Assembly: GCF_001194135.2 (NCBI RefSeq)
Contig: NC_068998.1
Coordinates: 32,327,361-32,391,360, forward strand
Length of the DNA stretch: 64,000 bases
Direction: 5' to 3'
Origin: Octopus bimaculoides
Taxonomy: Eukaryota
Shown: piece by piece, positions 26,690 to 40,580 of the stretch
How positions within the stretch are numbered: the stretch's first letter is position 1
Layout: each line of letters starts with the position of its first letter
Made by a program: the position numbers and the translations under genes
Notes under the pieces: model-generated
What the model was told of the DNA's origin: nothing
Databases searched by the model: none
The model's input: the letters and a program-made list of their open reading frames with translations, nothing else

Positions 26690-27450
26690 TGAGATGTTAA
26701 TGATAATTTTCTATTGAATGCAGAATTTAGGATCTTGGTAAAGGTACCAGCAAAAAAGTTGGTTTTTGTCTTCAGGAGCATAGAAAAGAAAACACAAGCT
26801 CATGCTATCCAAAGCACCTGAATAAATATAGTCACAAAACCTCCACCTCATGTGATACATCAAAGAAAGGTGGGTAACAAACATAGTTTTGCTGGTGCTC
26901 TGATCAATTTGAAACAAATCAAAACATTTGATAAAGTTGACAATTGTTCCAAAGTAGCTGTCCTCAAGGCAGTTAGTTTTGGTGTCTTTTCAGCGGTTGG
27001 AATGCTAATTTAATGAAACGTGATATCTGTTCCATAGTCAGTTAAAATGGTCACCTATTGAAATCATCTCAGTCTGTCAAGAGTATATTCTTTCATCCCT
27101 CCTTCATATACTAACTTTCAGGCCATTACTGTGAAAATATGAAATCTTGAGGGACATCCCATTGCAAACTAGGACACATGAGGCCTGTGCCAGCATATGT
27201 GGACCACATTAGTGTAATGGTGTTTGACACTACAGAAGTTGATGTGGTTGATACCATTCTAAAACATTACAAAGCTTTGAAAGGAGAAAAGATCAACTAA
27301 GAGCAAATCAATGGAGTTGCCATTGACACCTGGAGAGACAAGTCCATGCCTCCAGACTTGCGATCTGCTTCATACCAAATTTCAAGTGAGTAGGAACTGG
27401 GATGAAGGTACAAGTAGATTAACCAATCTCGCTCAGAAATGGACAGAATA
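26690..27450 (+). mobile_element. Tx1/L1-clade non-LTR RT remnant
   Basis: Decayed frames read LLNAEFRILVKVPAKKL...GALINLKQIKTFDKVD and AYVDHISVMV...KIN*EQINGVAIDTWRDKSMP, resembling L1/Tx1 RT motifs (LLNxDYKILAK, LDQSKAFDRV, YADD). Confidence 0.6.
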
Positions 27451-28679
27451 AATGATATCTTTCAAATGATCAGGAATTGCTGAGTTAAGCAACACATCAT
27501 GTAAAATATCAACATTTCATGAACGAGATATTGGTAGAGCAATTCTATCATATTGAAAATCTCTGTAACTCCAACAAACACAATGTACTTGAATGACTGT
27601 ACAAAGTGATATTTGTACTGAATAAATATAAACAGTAGTCATTGGTTTAGTATTCATCTCAAAATCTCAGAGAAAGTTCCTGTCATTGTTGGACAGTCTA
27701 AAATCTGCTCTCAGTACCTGATCTTAATTTCTTTGTTGATCATCATTTCTTTAACTCATGTTATATAAACTCTGAGACAATAATATCACTAACATGATGA
27801 AACAAATTCAAAGTCTATTCAAGTAATGAATTGTCAGTTTTGCAAAGCACTTCTGGCAATTTGTGCAGCTGAAATGTCTTCTGTATCATATCAGCACTTA
27901 GACACTGGCATCAGCTGCTTCAATGAGTGTAAGAGTCCCTGATGCTAATAAATTCCTTGTTATATGACTCAGGTCTTTTGATGACCAACACTGTAGCTAT
28001 CTTGTTTATATTATTTTCAAAAATTCAACATCTAACAGGCATAAGTGCCATCAGAATAATAAATAATATTCCAATCTGTTGGCTCTCTCAATGTTGGAAA
28101 TTTATTGAAGATGCTTATTAGCTTCAAATCAACTGAAATGAGTAACAAAATATTGGGGTATTTTACAGTATTGCTCATTCTATAAATATCAAATGATATG
28201 TCTGGATAAGTTTATGTAGATACCCACATCACCTGACATGCAAGTCTTTTAATTCAGATTTCTCATCTTCCCTTAAATCATCACTTTCCCTTAGTGACTT
28301 TACTTTCTTTATCTCTCTTGGAGATATGGATGGTTGTCAGTAATTCCACTCTTTGATTGACTGACATTTCATTCCAAATATTTGAATGATTTCCTTCTTT
28401 AAACACCTTTGCGGTATTGTAATTACATCCTTTTCTCCTTTTCAAATAATTCATTTCCACAAAATATAAAATCATTCATATGCATAACAAGAATATTCAT
28501 TTATTTTCTACTTGCATTGTGCCTGAGAAATAAAGCATTGTCATAAACCCTGACTAACCCTTCCAGTTTGATCAATACTTGAGGGACGTTCTTGAATGAT
28601 GACCATGGGGCACCTTTCAGTACATAGAAACATCTCTTCAACTTCCATACTTGTGACTTTAAGCGGCAGCAGAAGTAGC

Positions 28680-28896
28680 TTAACCCTTTAGCATTCAGAT
28701 TACTCTGTCAAATGTAATGCTTACTTATTCATGTTGCTTTGTATCAATTATGCATTATCTTGTAGCTCTAAGGTCTTGATGAAATGATCATTTATTTTTT
28801 GAATGATATTGTAGGGGAGGTGTAAGAGACCAAATCTGGACAGTTTAAACATAAAACATGTAGAATATTTGGTCTGATATGGCCGGTTTGAATGCT
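28680..28896. mobile_element. MITE with a piggyBac-like end
   Basis: Begins TTAA-CCCTTTAGCATTCAG. The right end is only a partial inverted match (tttgaatgct). Confidence 0.35.
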
Positions 28897-29622
28897 GGTA
28901 GACTTCAGTGAATTGCTTTATAAAAATGCTAAGTTGAAATCAAAAGTCTGTACTCACCTATTCATAACTGATGCAGCTAACATTATTAACCAAATGGCTT
29001 CATGCCTAGATGTTGGAAAGTCTGTTTTAAGATTATTTGAATCTTTCTTATTATCACATGCAACAAGATTGACTTTCATTATGTTTTGCAATCATCGGCC
29101 ATCTTGATAATATAGTTTTCTAACCTAAGACAATGAGCTAGTAGAATCATTAGCATGCTGGGTAAAATGCTTAGTTGTCTTTCATCCAACTTTATGTTCT
29201 GGGTTCAAATTCTATCAAGATTGACTTTGCCCCTCATCCTTATAGGGGTCAATAAAATAAGTATCAGTCAAACACTGGGGGTTGATGTAATCAACCAGCC
29301 CCTCTCCCCAGATTCCTGGCCTTGTGCTAAAATTTGAAATCAGTATAGTTTTCATCTTTCTAAGGTAGATAAAGTAAAATACCAATCAGGTACTGGGTCA
29401 GTATAAACAATTATGTTCCTTATTAAAATTCTGTGTCTATGTTAGAAATCATTAGCAGCATTTTGCGTATCTTTGTGATTTGAGTTCAAATTCCACCAGG
29501 GCCAACTTCACCTTTCATCATTTTGGGGTCAATGAAATAAGTACCAGTTGATCACTGGAGTTGATGAAATCAACTATCCTCCTCTCCTCAAATTTCAGGC
29601 CTTGTGCCTATAGTAGAAAGGA

Positions 29623-29625
29623 TTA

Positions 29626-29687
<62 letters not shown>

Positions 29688-29710
29688 GTTGTTGTTGTTG
29701 TTGTTGTTGT
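29623..29710. repeat. (TAT)n(GTT)n microsatellite at the 3' end of the R4/Dong-like element
   Basis: Direct reading. Confidence 0.95.
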
Positions 29711-30497
29711 CATTTTTACTTTTAATCTGCATCTTTGTTACAGTCACTTGCTGAGACACACCCAACATCCTGGGGCAAGTGAAGGTTAAGGGATGTTACA
29801 ATATGACTGAAAGCTTGGAAAGGGGAGGTAGTGAAATATCTTTATGTAATACAATGCAGTCATTTAAATTAATAGGGTTTTTCTAAGGATGTGGGCAGTA
29901 CTTGTCAGCACATTCTTTTGAATTTCTCTGAGACATGGTTCTCCTGGGATCTTATCTAGATGTATCTAGATGTTTCTGACATCCCTTTTTTATCATACCT
30001 AGGGCACCTACAATAACAAGAACAGTTCTCCTTTTAAGATGCCACATCTTTTGTATTTCTATTTCCAAGTCCTTATATTTACTTAGTTTGTCAAATTCCT
30101 TCACAGATATATTTTTATCAGTGGGAACACTTACATCTATTAGTCTACAAGAATTGTCTTCCCTATCTTTAATTATCATGTCTGGTCGATTAGCCTGGAT
30201 CATTCTGTCAGTGTTGACTGGAGAATCCCAGAGGATAGTGTCATTTTTACCTTCAACGACTGGCTCAGGATGATGTTCATACCAGTAAGTAGGGCAGCTG
30301 ATTTTGTAGTGTTTATATATTTTCCAATATAAATACTATCCTACCCTATCATGGCGATTTTTATATTAGTTTGGTGTCAGCACAGGACATCCTGAGATGA
30401 GATGGTCTATTGTTTCATCAAATGTGTCACAGAATCTGCATTTAGGATCAGAACCATTTTGAAGAACATTTGCATGGTAGTTTTTTTGTGAGCAAGC
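29711..30497 (-). mobile_element. R4/Dong-like non-LTR retrotransposon, 5'-truncated (zinc knuckle + restriction-like endonuclease + 3' UTR)
   Basis: Encodes DPKCRFCDTFDETIDHLISGC (CCHC knuckle) and NRPDMIIKD...LIDVSVP...KEFDKLSKYKDL (PD-D/ExK-type endonuclease). The 3' end runs into (CAA)n(TAA)n. Confidence 0.85.
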
Positions 30498-30514
30498 TTT
30501 ATTATTATTATTAT

Positions 30515-30845
30515 GTTGTTTTTTTTTCTTCTTTCTTCAAATTTTCTTCCATTTCTCGCCGAGTGTTTTCCGTACACCTAGGGCAGAGAAACTCGTTGTA
30601 TGCATTCCCAGTTCACACAAATTCACAGGTAAAACATGTATTTAAGAAAAAAAAAGTTCATGAATGGATGTTGTTTTCACAGCGATAATGCTCTTCTCAG
30701 TACATGAGTCGTTCCAGTTAGCATGATTTTTTGCACTACCTGTAGGGATGGTAAGCCTGGTATCATTTTCAAATAGGTTTCAGTACCTTTTTTTATCATT
30801 CCTAGAGATCCTACAATCACTGGTATGGTAGTCGCCTTGAGTATG
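30515..30845 (-). mobile_element. Second R4/Dong-like 3' fragment
   Basis: Encodes LKATTIPVIVGSLGMIKKGTETYLKMIPGLPSLQVVQKIMLTGTTHVLRRALSL*. It has a different 3' UTR and ends in a short (TAA)n tail at 30498-30514. Confidence 0.8.
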
Positions 30846-31180
30846 TATATATTGGCAGGTGCTTACTTCCTTCATTTTTTTTTTATTGTGCATTTAATTG
30901 TGTTGTTACAATAATGGGCATGTTTACATATTCTGTTAGTCAGGGAAGAAGGGAAGACAAAATATTCACACAAAATTGAAGATATTAAAGTTTCTAAATT
31001 TTTTTTTGAGGTGTTCGTTTGTATGTCCAAAGCTGTAGATATGTAAGTTCCTTAATTTATTTTGAGGGAAATTCAAAATACTCACAGAAAACTGTAGATG
31101 TTCCAGTCTTTTAGAGTTGTTTTTCAGTTGTCCTGCTGGGTTGTATTAGTGTTTCTGTCTTCAGCTGCTGACATTTATCA

Positions 31181-31218
<38 letters not shown>

Positions 31219-33129
31219 TTTACTATTATTTTTAGTATTATTTTTACTATTAATATTATTATATAAAGTGGTGGACTGGCAGAATTGTTATAGTACCAAA
31301 AAGGAAAAAAAATGTTTTACACTATTTCTCCCAGTTCATTATGCTCTGAGTTCAAATCCTGCCAATGTCAACTTTACCTTTCATCCCTCTGAAGACAATA
31401 AAATAAAGTACCAATCAAGTACTGAGGTGGATGTAATTGACTACAATTGCTGGCCTTTTGCTTAAACTAGAAACAATTATTATTAGATGGCCTTAGCACA
31501 ATCACATAACCAAAAATTTTTAATTTGCTCTTCTTACATTGTTAGTAATAATATCTGGTAATTACTCAAAAGGGTTTCTTTCAATCATAGCACAACTTGG
31601 TGCAAAAAACCAGAGCTTTATTGTTAATGCCGGAATATGCAGAAATCATTGTGAGACGTGTCAACTCTCAAATGACCAATTGTTATTGTGTGCTAAGTCT
31701 TTTTTGGCTATTTTAAACTTTGATGATGAGTGCAGGAAATGATGCAGGATAATATAAAGCAAGGCAATTAAGAAAATCTATTTATTCTATTGCCAGCAGC
31801 ATAAACAAGTGAAAGTGAAGAGGTGGGAAGAGGGTTGGTGGCTCTGTGAAGCCAACAATATATCTATAAAAGAGGTAGGAAGTATCAATTTACATTTCAA
31901 ATAATAGATGGGGAAGAAGTGTGATAGAAAGGTCATGACAATAACGTGTGTATAATATCTATAAAAGATATGGAGTTAGAAGAAAGAATAGTGGACAGAA
32001 CTAAATACTTTAAAGTATTCAACTTAGTTTTTTTTTATTTCTTTGTTCAATTTTTCACTTCATCTCACTGAGATCAATAAAATAAGTAAAAGTAATATAA
32101 ACTCAATCCTTCACCTTGTTTACCCATTCAGAATGTAGGTTGCCTTTAGCAGAATCTATTCTGCTGTGAAAATTCACACCAGCTATCTGATATGACAGTA
32201 GCTTCCTTTCCCCCTACAATCTTAGAAGCCCTCAACAATTAAAGTGTTATGCGCACTGTTTTCCTTTCTGGATGAAAGATAAAAAGAAGATGATCTATAT
32301 AGTTCTTTCACCCTATAGTTGTTATGTTGATACTTCTGGCCTAACCTGCACATTAGATAGAAGGCTGTTATGATAATTAGATTGAATAAACTTTACAATC
32401 TGAAAATTGGAACCAGCACAGTGGTCATAACACCTTTCCCAACTTTACCAATGTAGTGAATTATTAATTCCTCCATTGGACCCCTCTTTAAATTCATATA
32501 ACCAAATAAATGCAATAAAAGACAAAGTTGAACCCTTTCTCTGCAACTATTAGTCTTATGTCTATTAAAAACCTCAATATGTATATAAATTGTTTTTAAG
32601 GTAACTTCTAAAATTCTCTCATAAAATATTAACTCCAAGTGATTAGAATGAGTGTTTTTTTGGTGTATGACAGTAATAAGTGATCTCAGAATATAAATTC
32701 CAAAAAATATGAAATAAATAAATACAAAGATGCAAACAATAAGACATTGACATAAAGTTAATATTATTTATGAAATGCACCAATTTCACAGCCTATCTTT
32801 AAATGCTTCCAGGCTATTAATAAGAAATTTAAGACAAGTTGTCTGGAGGAACTCTTGTATAATAACAGTGTAATATCTTATAACCAAATAGCTGAAGAAT
32901 TAGAGGGAAAGTTCCAAACATAGAAGCAGAGTCTAAAATCAACATTCCCCATAGTAAGCTTAACAAAAGCAATGACTTAGTTTGAAAAAGACAATACAAA
33001 ACACTGTTGTTTTCTGGAAAATGGACTTACACAATATTGAAAAAAAATGAAGAGATAGGCATTCTTTTCAGTATCGTCTTTATTTCTATTTTATGCTTTA
33101 CTACACAATCAGTCAAGTTTTAGTCAGTT

Positions 33130-33173
33130 CCAACAGCATATCAGTCCAACAGCATATCATTCCAACAGCATAT
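33130..33173. repeat. 16-bp tandem repeat, about 2.8 copies (ccaacagcatatcagt)
   Basis: Direct reading. Confidence 0.85.
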
Positions 33174-33294
33174 GATTAGAAGTTGGTATCTATCACCCAA
33201 TCTTCCTCTACTTCTGGAGGCAGGAGCATTATGTGGGTCCACATACCCTTCTCACAGCACAATGTAGCCAATTCAAATAGTGAAGTTGTGGAAG

Positions 33295-33341
<47 letters not shown>

Positions 33342-33779
33342 TATCCAAGTTCTTAATTGATATTCTATTCATCAGCCACAGGAGGATGAAAGGCTAAGTT
33401 GAACTCAGAATACAGAGAACCTGAACAAATACTGCCTTCTACATTTTTTACCCAGTGTAAGTTATGAATGTGCAACAAATGGTACCACAACAGGCTGAAT
33501 GAAGGTGGGTTTTATACAGAACAAATACATAAGAGTAGCTAGCAGTAAGAGTACATTTGAAATAAGTTATTCAAATGCTCAGAAGGTTTGCTAAAAGTTG
33601 TTGAAAGTTTCTGTTACTTTAGAGAACTCATTAGTAATAATGATGGAAAACTAATAAACAGTTATTAATAGTAAAATCACTGTAGCTGGAGTAAAAATGT
33701 GGTGGAAAAATGAAAGGTAGATTGTATGGAGTGTTAAAATGAAGGATAGATTTTATGAAATTTCGCTTCAGATTACAAT

Positions 33780-34060
33780 ACTGCATGATAGCAAAATATG
33801 GATGTGCAAAGGTTGGACAGAATGAGACAACCCTGTTCTGCTGGATGATTGATGGAACAGAGGTAAGCTGACTGTAAAAATAGGTCTAAAAGAGGGATCT
33901 GCCATAGTATGAAAGAGAGAAGACTTTGCTAGTAGATTCAAGGGATGCATTTGAAAGATGATAGTTTGAAGAATAACCAATCAACTAAGGTGGAAGGGAC
34001 CATTTAGAAGTGGAAAACTAAAGAAAACAGGAAGAAAAAGTGGAAACTAATTTTCCAAGA
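33780..34060 (+). mobile_element. RTE LINE 3' coding remnant, highly decayed
   Basis: DVQRLDRNETTLFCWM...ERRL-like translation, homologous to the RTE copies at 38 and 43 kb. Confidence 0.5.
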
Positions 34061-34638
34061 TGCTGGACATGAAAAATGAGATGATAAAAGCTACAACATT
34101 TATCAGCCACTATGCTGAAGATGGCACATCCAATTCAAAATGCAAAATTATTATTGTTGTTGCTGTTGTTATATATTTCACTAATTTCAAGTATATTCTA
34201 AGTTTTCTTTCTCATTTATAAGCCATTATAAAAATAGCTGTACATATTGGAATATTATTTCAAATTGTTTATTAAAAAGTAAAAGGAAAGTATTATATAT
34301 GTAAATAATAATACTGTTAAGTCTTTCTTGGTTTAGCTTCTTTTATGAAAACCATATGAAATTAGCTAAATGGTAATATGAAAATGGAAATTATAAAAAA
34401 AAAGTGTTGACTGAAAAAAAATTATAAAAAAATTGAACTAATCAAACAGAAGTAAACAAACAAATATTCAGTAGTCGGAATTAACTAAATTGTGATAGAA
34501 GGAAAATACAGACATTTCAGCTAGAATTATGTGAAATTCTTCCTATTTATTCCAGACATTATCATCTTAATTTTTCCTCATGAAGCGTATGAATAATAAT
34601 TTGTATGCGAGTGCATAAGTGAGAGTGAGAGAGAGAGG

Positions 34639-35022
34639 NNNNNNNNNNNNNNNNNNNNNNNNNNNNNNNNNNNNNNNNNNNNNNNNNNNNNNNNNNNNNN
34701 NNNNNNNNNNNNNNNNNNNNNNNNNNNNNNNNNNNNNNNNNNNNNNNNNNNNNNNNNNNNNNNNNNNNNNNNNNNNNNNNNNNNNNNNNNNNNNNNNNNN
34801 NNNNNNNNNNNNNNNNNNNNNNNNNNNNNNNNNNNNNNNNNNNNNNNNNNNNNNNNNNNNNNNNNNNNNNNNNNNNNNNNNNNNNNNNNNNNNNNNNNNN
34901 NNNNNNNNNNNNNNNNNNNNNNNNNNNNNNNNNNNNNNNNNNNNNNNNNNNNNNNNNNNNNNNNNNNNNNNNNNNNNNNNNNNNNNNNNNNNNNNNNNNN
35001 NNNNNNNNNNNNNNNNNNNNNN
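34639..35022. other. Assembly gap (384 N) between (GA)n and (TA)n
   Basis: Run of N. Confidence 0.99.
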
Positions 35023-35074
<52 letters not shown>

Positions 35075-37141
35075 GTATGTATATATCAAGGCACAAAATG
35101 TTGCTACAGATAATTGTAAGCCTAAGTGAGCCAAGTAACTGTCCTTACTAACTCCTAAAACCATATTCAAGTGTCTACTTCTGAAATGAGTGGTGGTTAA
35201 TGGTAGGAAGCAATCCAGACACCAAAAAACAGTTGCTTTTACAAAATAACCTTCCACCCATGTAAGCATAACAAAATAATACAAAACAGTACAAAAGAAA
35301 TGGAAATCATCATTTCTGCACATATCTGATACTTCATTTATCTGTGTTGGTTTTTGTTCTGTATGTCTACAACATAAATATATCTCTCACATGTCTCTTT
35401 CTCCTGTTAATCATATTATTCCAGTCCACAGATCCAATAGTAGAAACTTAACCTTTGCTTCATACAAACAGTATGCTTCTATAAATGTCTCTTTATCTAT
35501 GTCTTTAGCCTAAAGTTTAACTTGTAGTAAATCAGAGATATAGCTGAAAGGACAGGATTCTAGTGAATGGACTGAGGAGTTGTCAGTTCATATTCTTTCT
35601 CTGATATTCCAATTTGTCTGTAGCCCAGTGTCTAGCTGTAAATATATTCTGTAAGGCAGAAACAACTTACTCATGTAAACAACAGTATTGCAGTAAAACT
35701 GATGTGACTTCTTAGTTTGCAGTGCTTTTTATACTGATTACATATACTTACCTGAAATAAATAGAAGAGAGTCACAGCTGAAATGCTTTGGATCATGGCT
35801 ATGTCTTATCAGAATTGACCTGTGCCACAAACAGTAACACAACATTAAGTGATAGTTTTCCAAAATGTCCTTACAAACTAAAAGTTTAAGGGCCCCATGA
35901 GCTGTTATTATTTAACATCAAGTCAACTTTCAGCAAGCAAACCTGTGATCAAAGGTATTTTAACCATACACTGCATCTGATTCTTTTGGGAGTATGTCAA
36001 GGACTCACTTATTTAAGATAGTTGGGGGAGATTTAAGGAAGATTTTAGCAGATCAGACTATCAAGTAGAATCTCTTTCATTAACTCAGATGTAAATCAGA
36101 TCAATATAATAAACATAACCTTTTATGACTATATCATGTGATAAGCAGTCTTATTCATAATTTTAAGGAGATTGTTTTTCAAAATAATGACTTGGTGTGC
36201 AAATCTATTTGCTAAGGATAGAATGAACTTATAACAATTGCTTGAACAAATATGGTAAGCTCTTGAAACATATTGTTCACAGAATCCAGTACAAATATCA
36301 GGCATTTAAGTTAGTTGAGTCATGTAGAGTCAAATCTAGAAACAAAAAACATTAGCACTGGAATTGAACTTATGAGTTAAAATCAAGCAGTTCAATACAC
36401 TATCCTCTGTCTGTTTCTATGATTGTGATATGATTTGAATACAATAATTGCTAGCAATTTGAATCCAGTGTCTCTTATTCTGTTCCTGTGACAAATAAGA
36501 CAAAATCATTTGGTTATATTTTTATTTCTCATGTACCAGTGTACATTGAGTACTTATTTTATTGATCCCAGGAGAGTGAAAAGACATAACTAAATACCCA
36601 ATTTACTTCTTTTGCTTGATGCCAACTGTTTTTGAAGCTTGTCTATGTTTCAATAGTCAGTATGAAATTTTCTAACTCTTCATTGTGATTCAGTTAAAAC
36701 TAAAACTTTGCATAATTTAGATGGAATGTTTATAACAGTAGGAATTAAAATTATCAGAGGAATAGAAGATAGTATTGCATGTTTCACATCATTGTCTCAG
36801 CTTGTATTCATTAAATGTTGGAAGAAAATCTGTTCTGTTAAATCCTACTGTTGTGTTTAGACTGATATTTTATAGAAACATTCATTTAATCTATGTACAG
36901 ACAAATACAGGCATTTACATTTGTTTTTAGATGTGTATTTATTACCCATGGGCTGAATTTAAAAAATGACATCAGCAATAGCTACAACAGTAGCAGTGAT
37001 GAGAACAAAACATTGTTTATAGAAAATATTCAGTTGAAAGAATCAGTTCTATGAATTATATGTTGTAATTATCCTTATTTTCTCTGAACGTATCATGAAC
37101 ATAAATTCCTTTCAAGTTAATAAAAAAAAGAAAATGATAAG

Positions 37142-37240
37142 GATGATGATGATGATGATGATGATGCTGGTGGTGGTGGTGGAGCTGCAACTGTTGCTGC
37201 TGCTGCTGTTGATGATGATGATGATAATAATAATAATAAA
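37142..37240. repeat. Compound (GAT)(GGT)(GCT)(AAT) microsatellite
   Basis: Direct reading. Confidence 0.9.
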
Positions 37241-37402
37241 TCCTATGTAAAAAAAAGACATAAAAATTTTGACATAAAAAAATGAGGTAAAATATAAACA
37301 TATCAAAATATCACAGGAGAGAAATATATAAATATCTATTATGACATTTGAAAATAAGAGATTATAATTGTTCAGCTGCCAATGGGGGAATAGAAACGGA
37401 AC

Positions 37403-37443
<41 letters not shown>

Positions 37444-37896
37444 TAAAATATTGAAATATTTCAGAAGTCAGGGAATTATTATTATATAACATACTTAAAA
37501 TATATATAGCTATTGGGAAGGGAAACATTGCAAGTGTATTTTAAAGAATGAAATATAAAAAGGGTATACAGAAAGTGAAAAATGGTACATAGAAATTTAT
37601 AGTACAATACTACACAGTAATTTGTTGTTATATAGTAGATATCTTGATAATATAAGACCACTAGAACTCTTTTCAAATATACCCATAGAGTTGAATTCCT
37701 TTCTGCAAATTAGTAAGACATTTGGCAGTGATCCTTTTATTTACAGTGGTAACCCATAGTAACTTGTTCTTTAGCTTCAGGTCAAACCTGATTGAGTAGA
37801 CCTATGAACAAGGGCATTCTATCTGTGACCATTTCATCTTTTCCAAAAGCAGGATGCAGCCAAGACAATATTAGCCAAAGTGTACAAATGAATTTA

Positions 37897-38795
37897 GCGT
37901 ACAGGTGTAGGAGTTCACCAAGGATCAGTTCTCAGCCTCCCCCGCTCTTGTTTATTATAGTACTCCAGGCCTTAACAGAGGGATTCAAGACTTGCTGCTC
38001 CTAGGAGCTCCTCTACACTGATGACCTTGTTCTTGCAGCTGAATCACTATCTGACCTTGAGATGAAATTTCAGCTGTGTAAGCAAGGTATGGAATCTAAC
38101 AGCCTTAGTTAATTGAGCAAAGACCAAAGTACTAATAAATTGGAAAACAGACAAATCACAAGTCTCTTCAGGAAGATGGCCCTGCTCGATATGTAAGAAG
38201 GATGTTGATAAAAATTCTATATGTTGTATCCAGTTCAAGCATTGGATACATAAGAGGTGCAGTGCTATCACATGAAAGTTAACAGAGAAATAGTCTTTAT
38301 GTGTGGCAAATGTGTGGGTACAATAAGTTATAAAAATGTACAGAGAATAGATTTCTACAAATGCTCCAGGGAATCTGTAGAAGTGGTAGATAGCTTCTGT
38401 TACCTAAGAGACCAAGTTAACAATGTGGGAGGAAATTCTGAAAAGGAAATTGCTTGAATAAGAATAGGCTGGGCAAAGTTCAGAGAGCTGCAACCTTTGT
38501 TAGTAACTAAGGGCCTCCCAAGCAAAGTGAATGGCAGATTATATGATACCTGTGTATGTTCAGTTATACTACATGGTGGTAAAACATAGGCTATGACTAC
38601 AGAGGACTTGCAAAGGCTTGAAAGAAATGAAGCTAGCATGCTCCACTGGATGAGTAATGTCAGTGTGGGTTGGCCATACAAAGTATGCCATAACAGACAA
38701 CTGGAGTTTCAACAGCTCTCCAGCTGGCCACCTCCTGCCAAACCATTCAACACATGCCAGCATGGAAAACGGACATTGAACGACGATGATGATGT
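37897..38795 (+). mobile_element. RTE LINE fragment (RT domain to 3' tail)
   Basis: Encodes GVHQGSVLSP, LLYTDDLVLAAES and RIGWAKFREL. Ends with a gacgatgatgatg tail. Confidence 0.88.
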
Positions 38796-39852
38796 CCTTT
38801 TTTAAGACAGTAGGATGAGATCTGAAGGAAAATTAGCTACTATTTTTAGCAGTTCACTTGGCTCGTTTGGTTTGCCTGTTGTAATAAGATACACGAACAT
38901 GATAGAGACCTTAAAGGTTAAATACATTAGTTCCAGAAGTGCCATATTACCCCAACCTCCCCTTTCCTCCCCTCCTCCTCCTCCTCTTCATCATCATCAT
39001 CATCATCATCATCACTGCCAATAAACCATTGTTTGACATGTATTTCTCCATGTTGAAATAGCTGGCATCACAACATATCTCTCATTATCAGTATTCTGTC
39101 ATATCTCTAACCAAAAGACTAAGCCACAGTTATTTTTATTGATGCATCACAAAAACGTTGATTTTATAGAAATCTATCAATGGTATATGGTTATTGCTAC
39201 TGTTGTTGTTCCTGACATTGTTGATGTTGTTGTCGATGAGAACCAGTCCCAATAAACTCTTGGAGCAGATCAATGAAACAGAGAGAGCCAATCAAATGAG
39301 TTCTTATTTCTTAATGTTTGCAGCATTTTAAAAAATTATTCTTTAGTTGAACATCTAATTTTCTGGCATATTGAACTGCAAATTTTTGTTTTATTATCCC
39401 CCTTTTTACAGAAAAAAAAATTTTTTTTTTAAATCCACATATTTCATCGTAATCAATATTATGGTTGGAAAATTTCTATAAGAATAATTGTGCAGATTTC
39501 CTTATTGTTAAAATAGTAATATAAGAAGTATGTCAATCCAATAGTTCTTTTACTTTTTTAATGTTGAACTTCAATGGGAAAATATGATTTGGATTGATTT
39601 TTGTTTTGGAGTAACACACACTTAAGATGCTGCTTTACTCACAGTAAAATATAACAAGCTTGTTAGTTTATCTTATAAATATATCCTAACTTATCTTAAC
39701 TATGTTTGTGATTTCATATCACCTTTTTTCATAAATCTACATCTGTAATTTATGCATATATATACATATAGTCACTTATACCAGTGCATATATACTTATA
39801 AGAGTATATGATTTTTTTATATGGATACACATATACATATGCTTGTATGTGT

Positions 39853-39854
<2 letters not shown>

Positions 39855-39929
<75 letters not shown>
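39855..39929. repeat. (TG)n microsatellite
   Basis: Direct reading. Similar TG/CA runs at ~4445, 10636, 50020, 50527 and 61245. Confidence 0.95.
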
Positions 39930-39932
<3 letters not shown>

Positions 39933-40072
39933 CTTGCGCTGTGGTCTTCTTGATAATCATTAAAAGCTATATGAAATGCACACTTTTTAGATATTCCTTT
40001 CAGATTACAATAAGGCTAATCACTTACCAGTGGATCAAGTTTGAATATCAGTTATTTGCTCTGCAACATTTA

Positions 40073-40120
<48 letters not shown>

Positions 40121-40319
40121 TGTGTGTGTACAAGTGTGTATGCATGTGTTTCTGTGCATTCATGTGTCTGTGTGCATGATAAACTTTCAAGCTGCAGAGT
40201 CTTATTTTACAACTTTATTTATATAAGAAAAATACACCAACTGATAAATATTTTCTACTTACATACATTAAAATATAAGGTTAATACTTTTAAAGATAAG
40301 AAATTATATATCTTCATCG

Positions 40320-40580
40320 TCATCATCAGCATCTTTATCATTTAACATCAGTTTTATATGCTGGCATGGGTTGGGTAGTTTGACAGCAGCTGGTCATCTG
40401 GAGAGCTACCTAGGCTCTCTGTCTGTTTTGGCATGGTTTCTACAACTGGATGCCCTTCTTAATGCCAACCATTTTACAGAATGTACTGGGCACTTTCATG
40501 TAGCACTGGCATGGGTGCTTTTATATGGCAGTGGCATGGGTGCTTTTTATGTTGCACCAGCACTAACGAACCTGTAAGAT
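40320..40580 (-). mobile_element. RTE-associated 3' tail fragment
   Basis: Reverse complement of the tail seen at 44.3-44.65 kb, ending in (GAT)n. Confidence 0.6.

Noticed and set aside
33130-33173. Short direct repeats superficially like a CRISPR array (also the 26-bp unit at ~20128-20184)
   Set aside because: Head-to-tail tandem repeats without unique spacers, in a eukaryotic context with no cas genes.
35149-35185. Possible 32-nt minus-strand exon (SRHLNMVLGV) with a GTAAGG donor
   Set aside because: Phase 2->1 does not fit between the neighbouring phase-0 junctions.
34562-35323. Long ORFs of 164-253 aa
   Set aside because: Artefacts of reading through the N gap and (TA)n.
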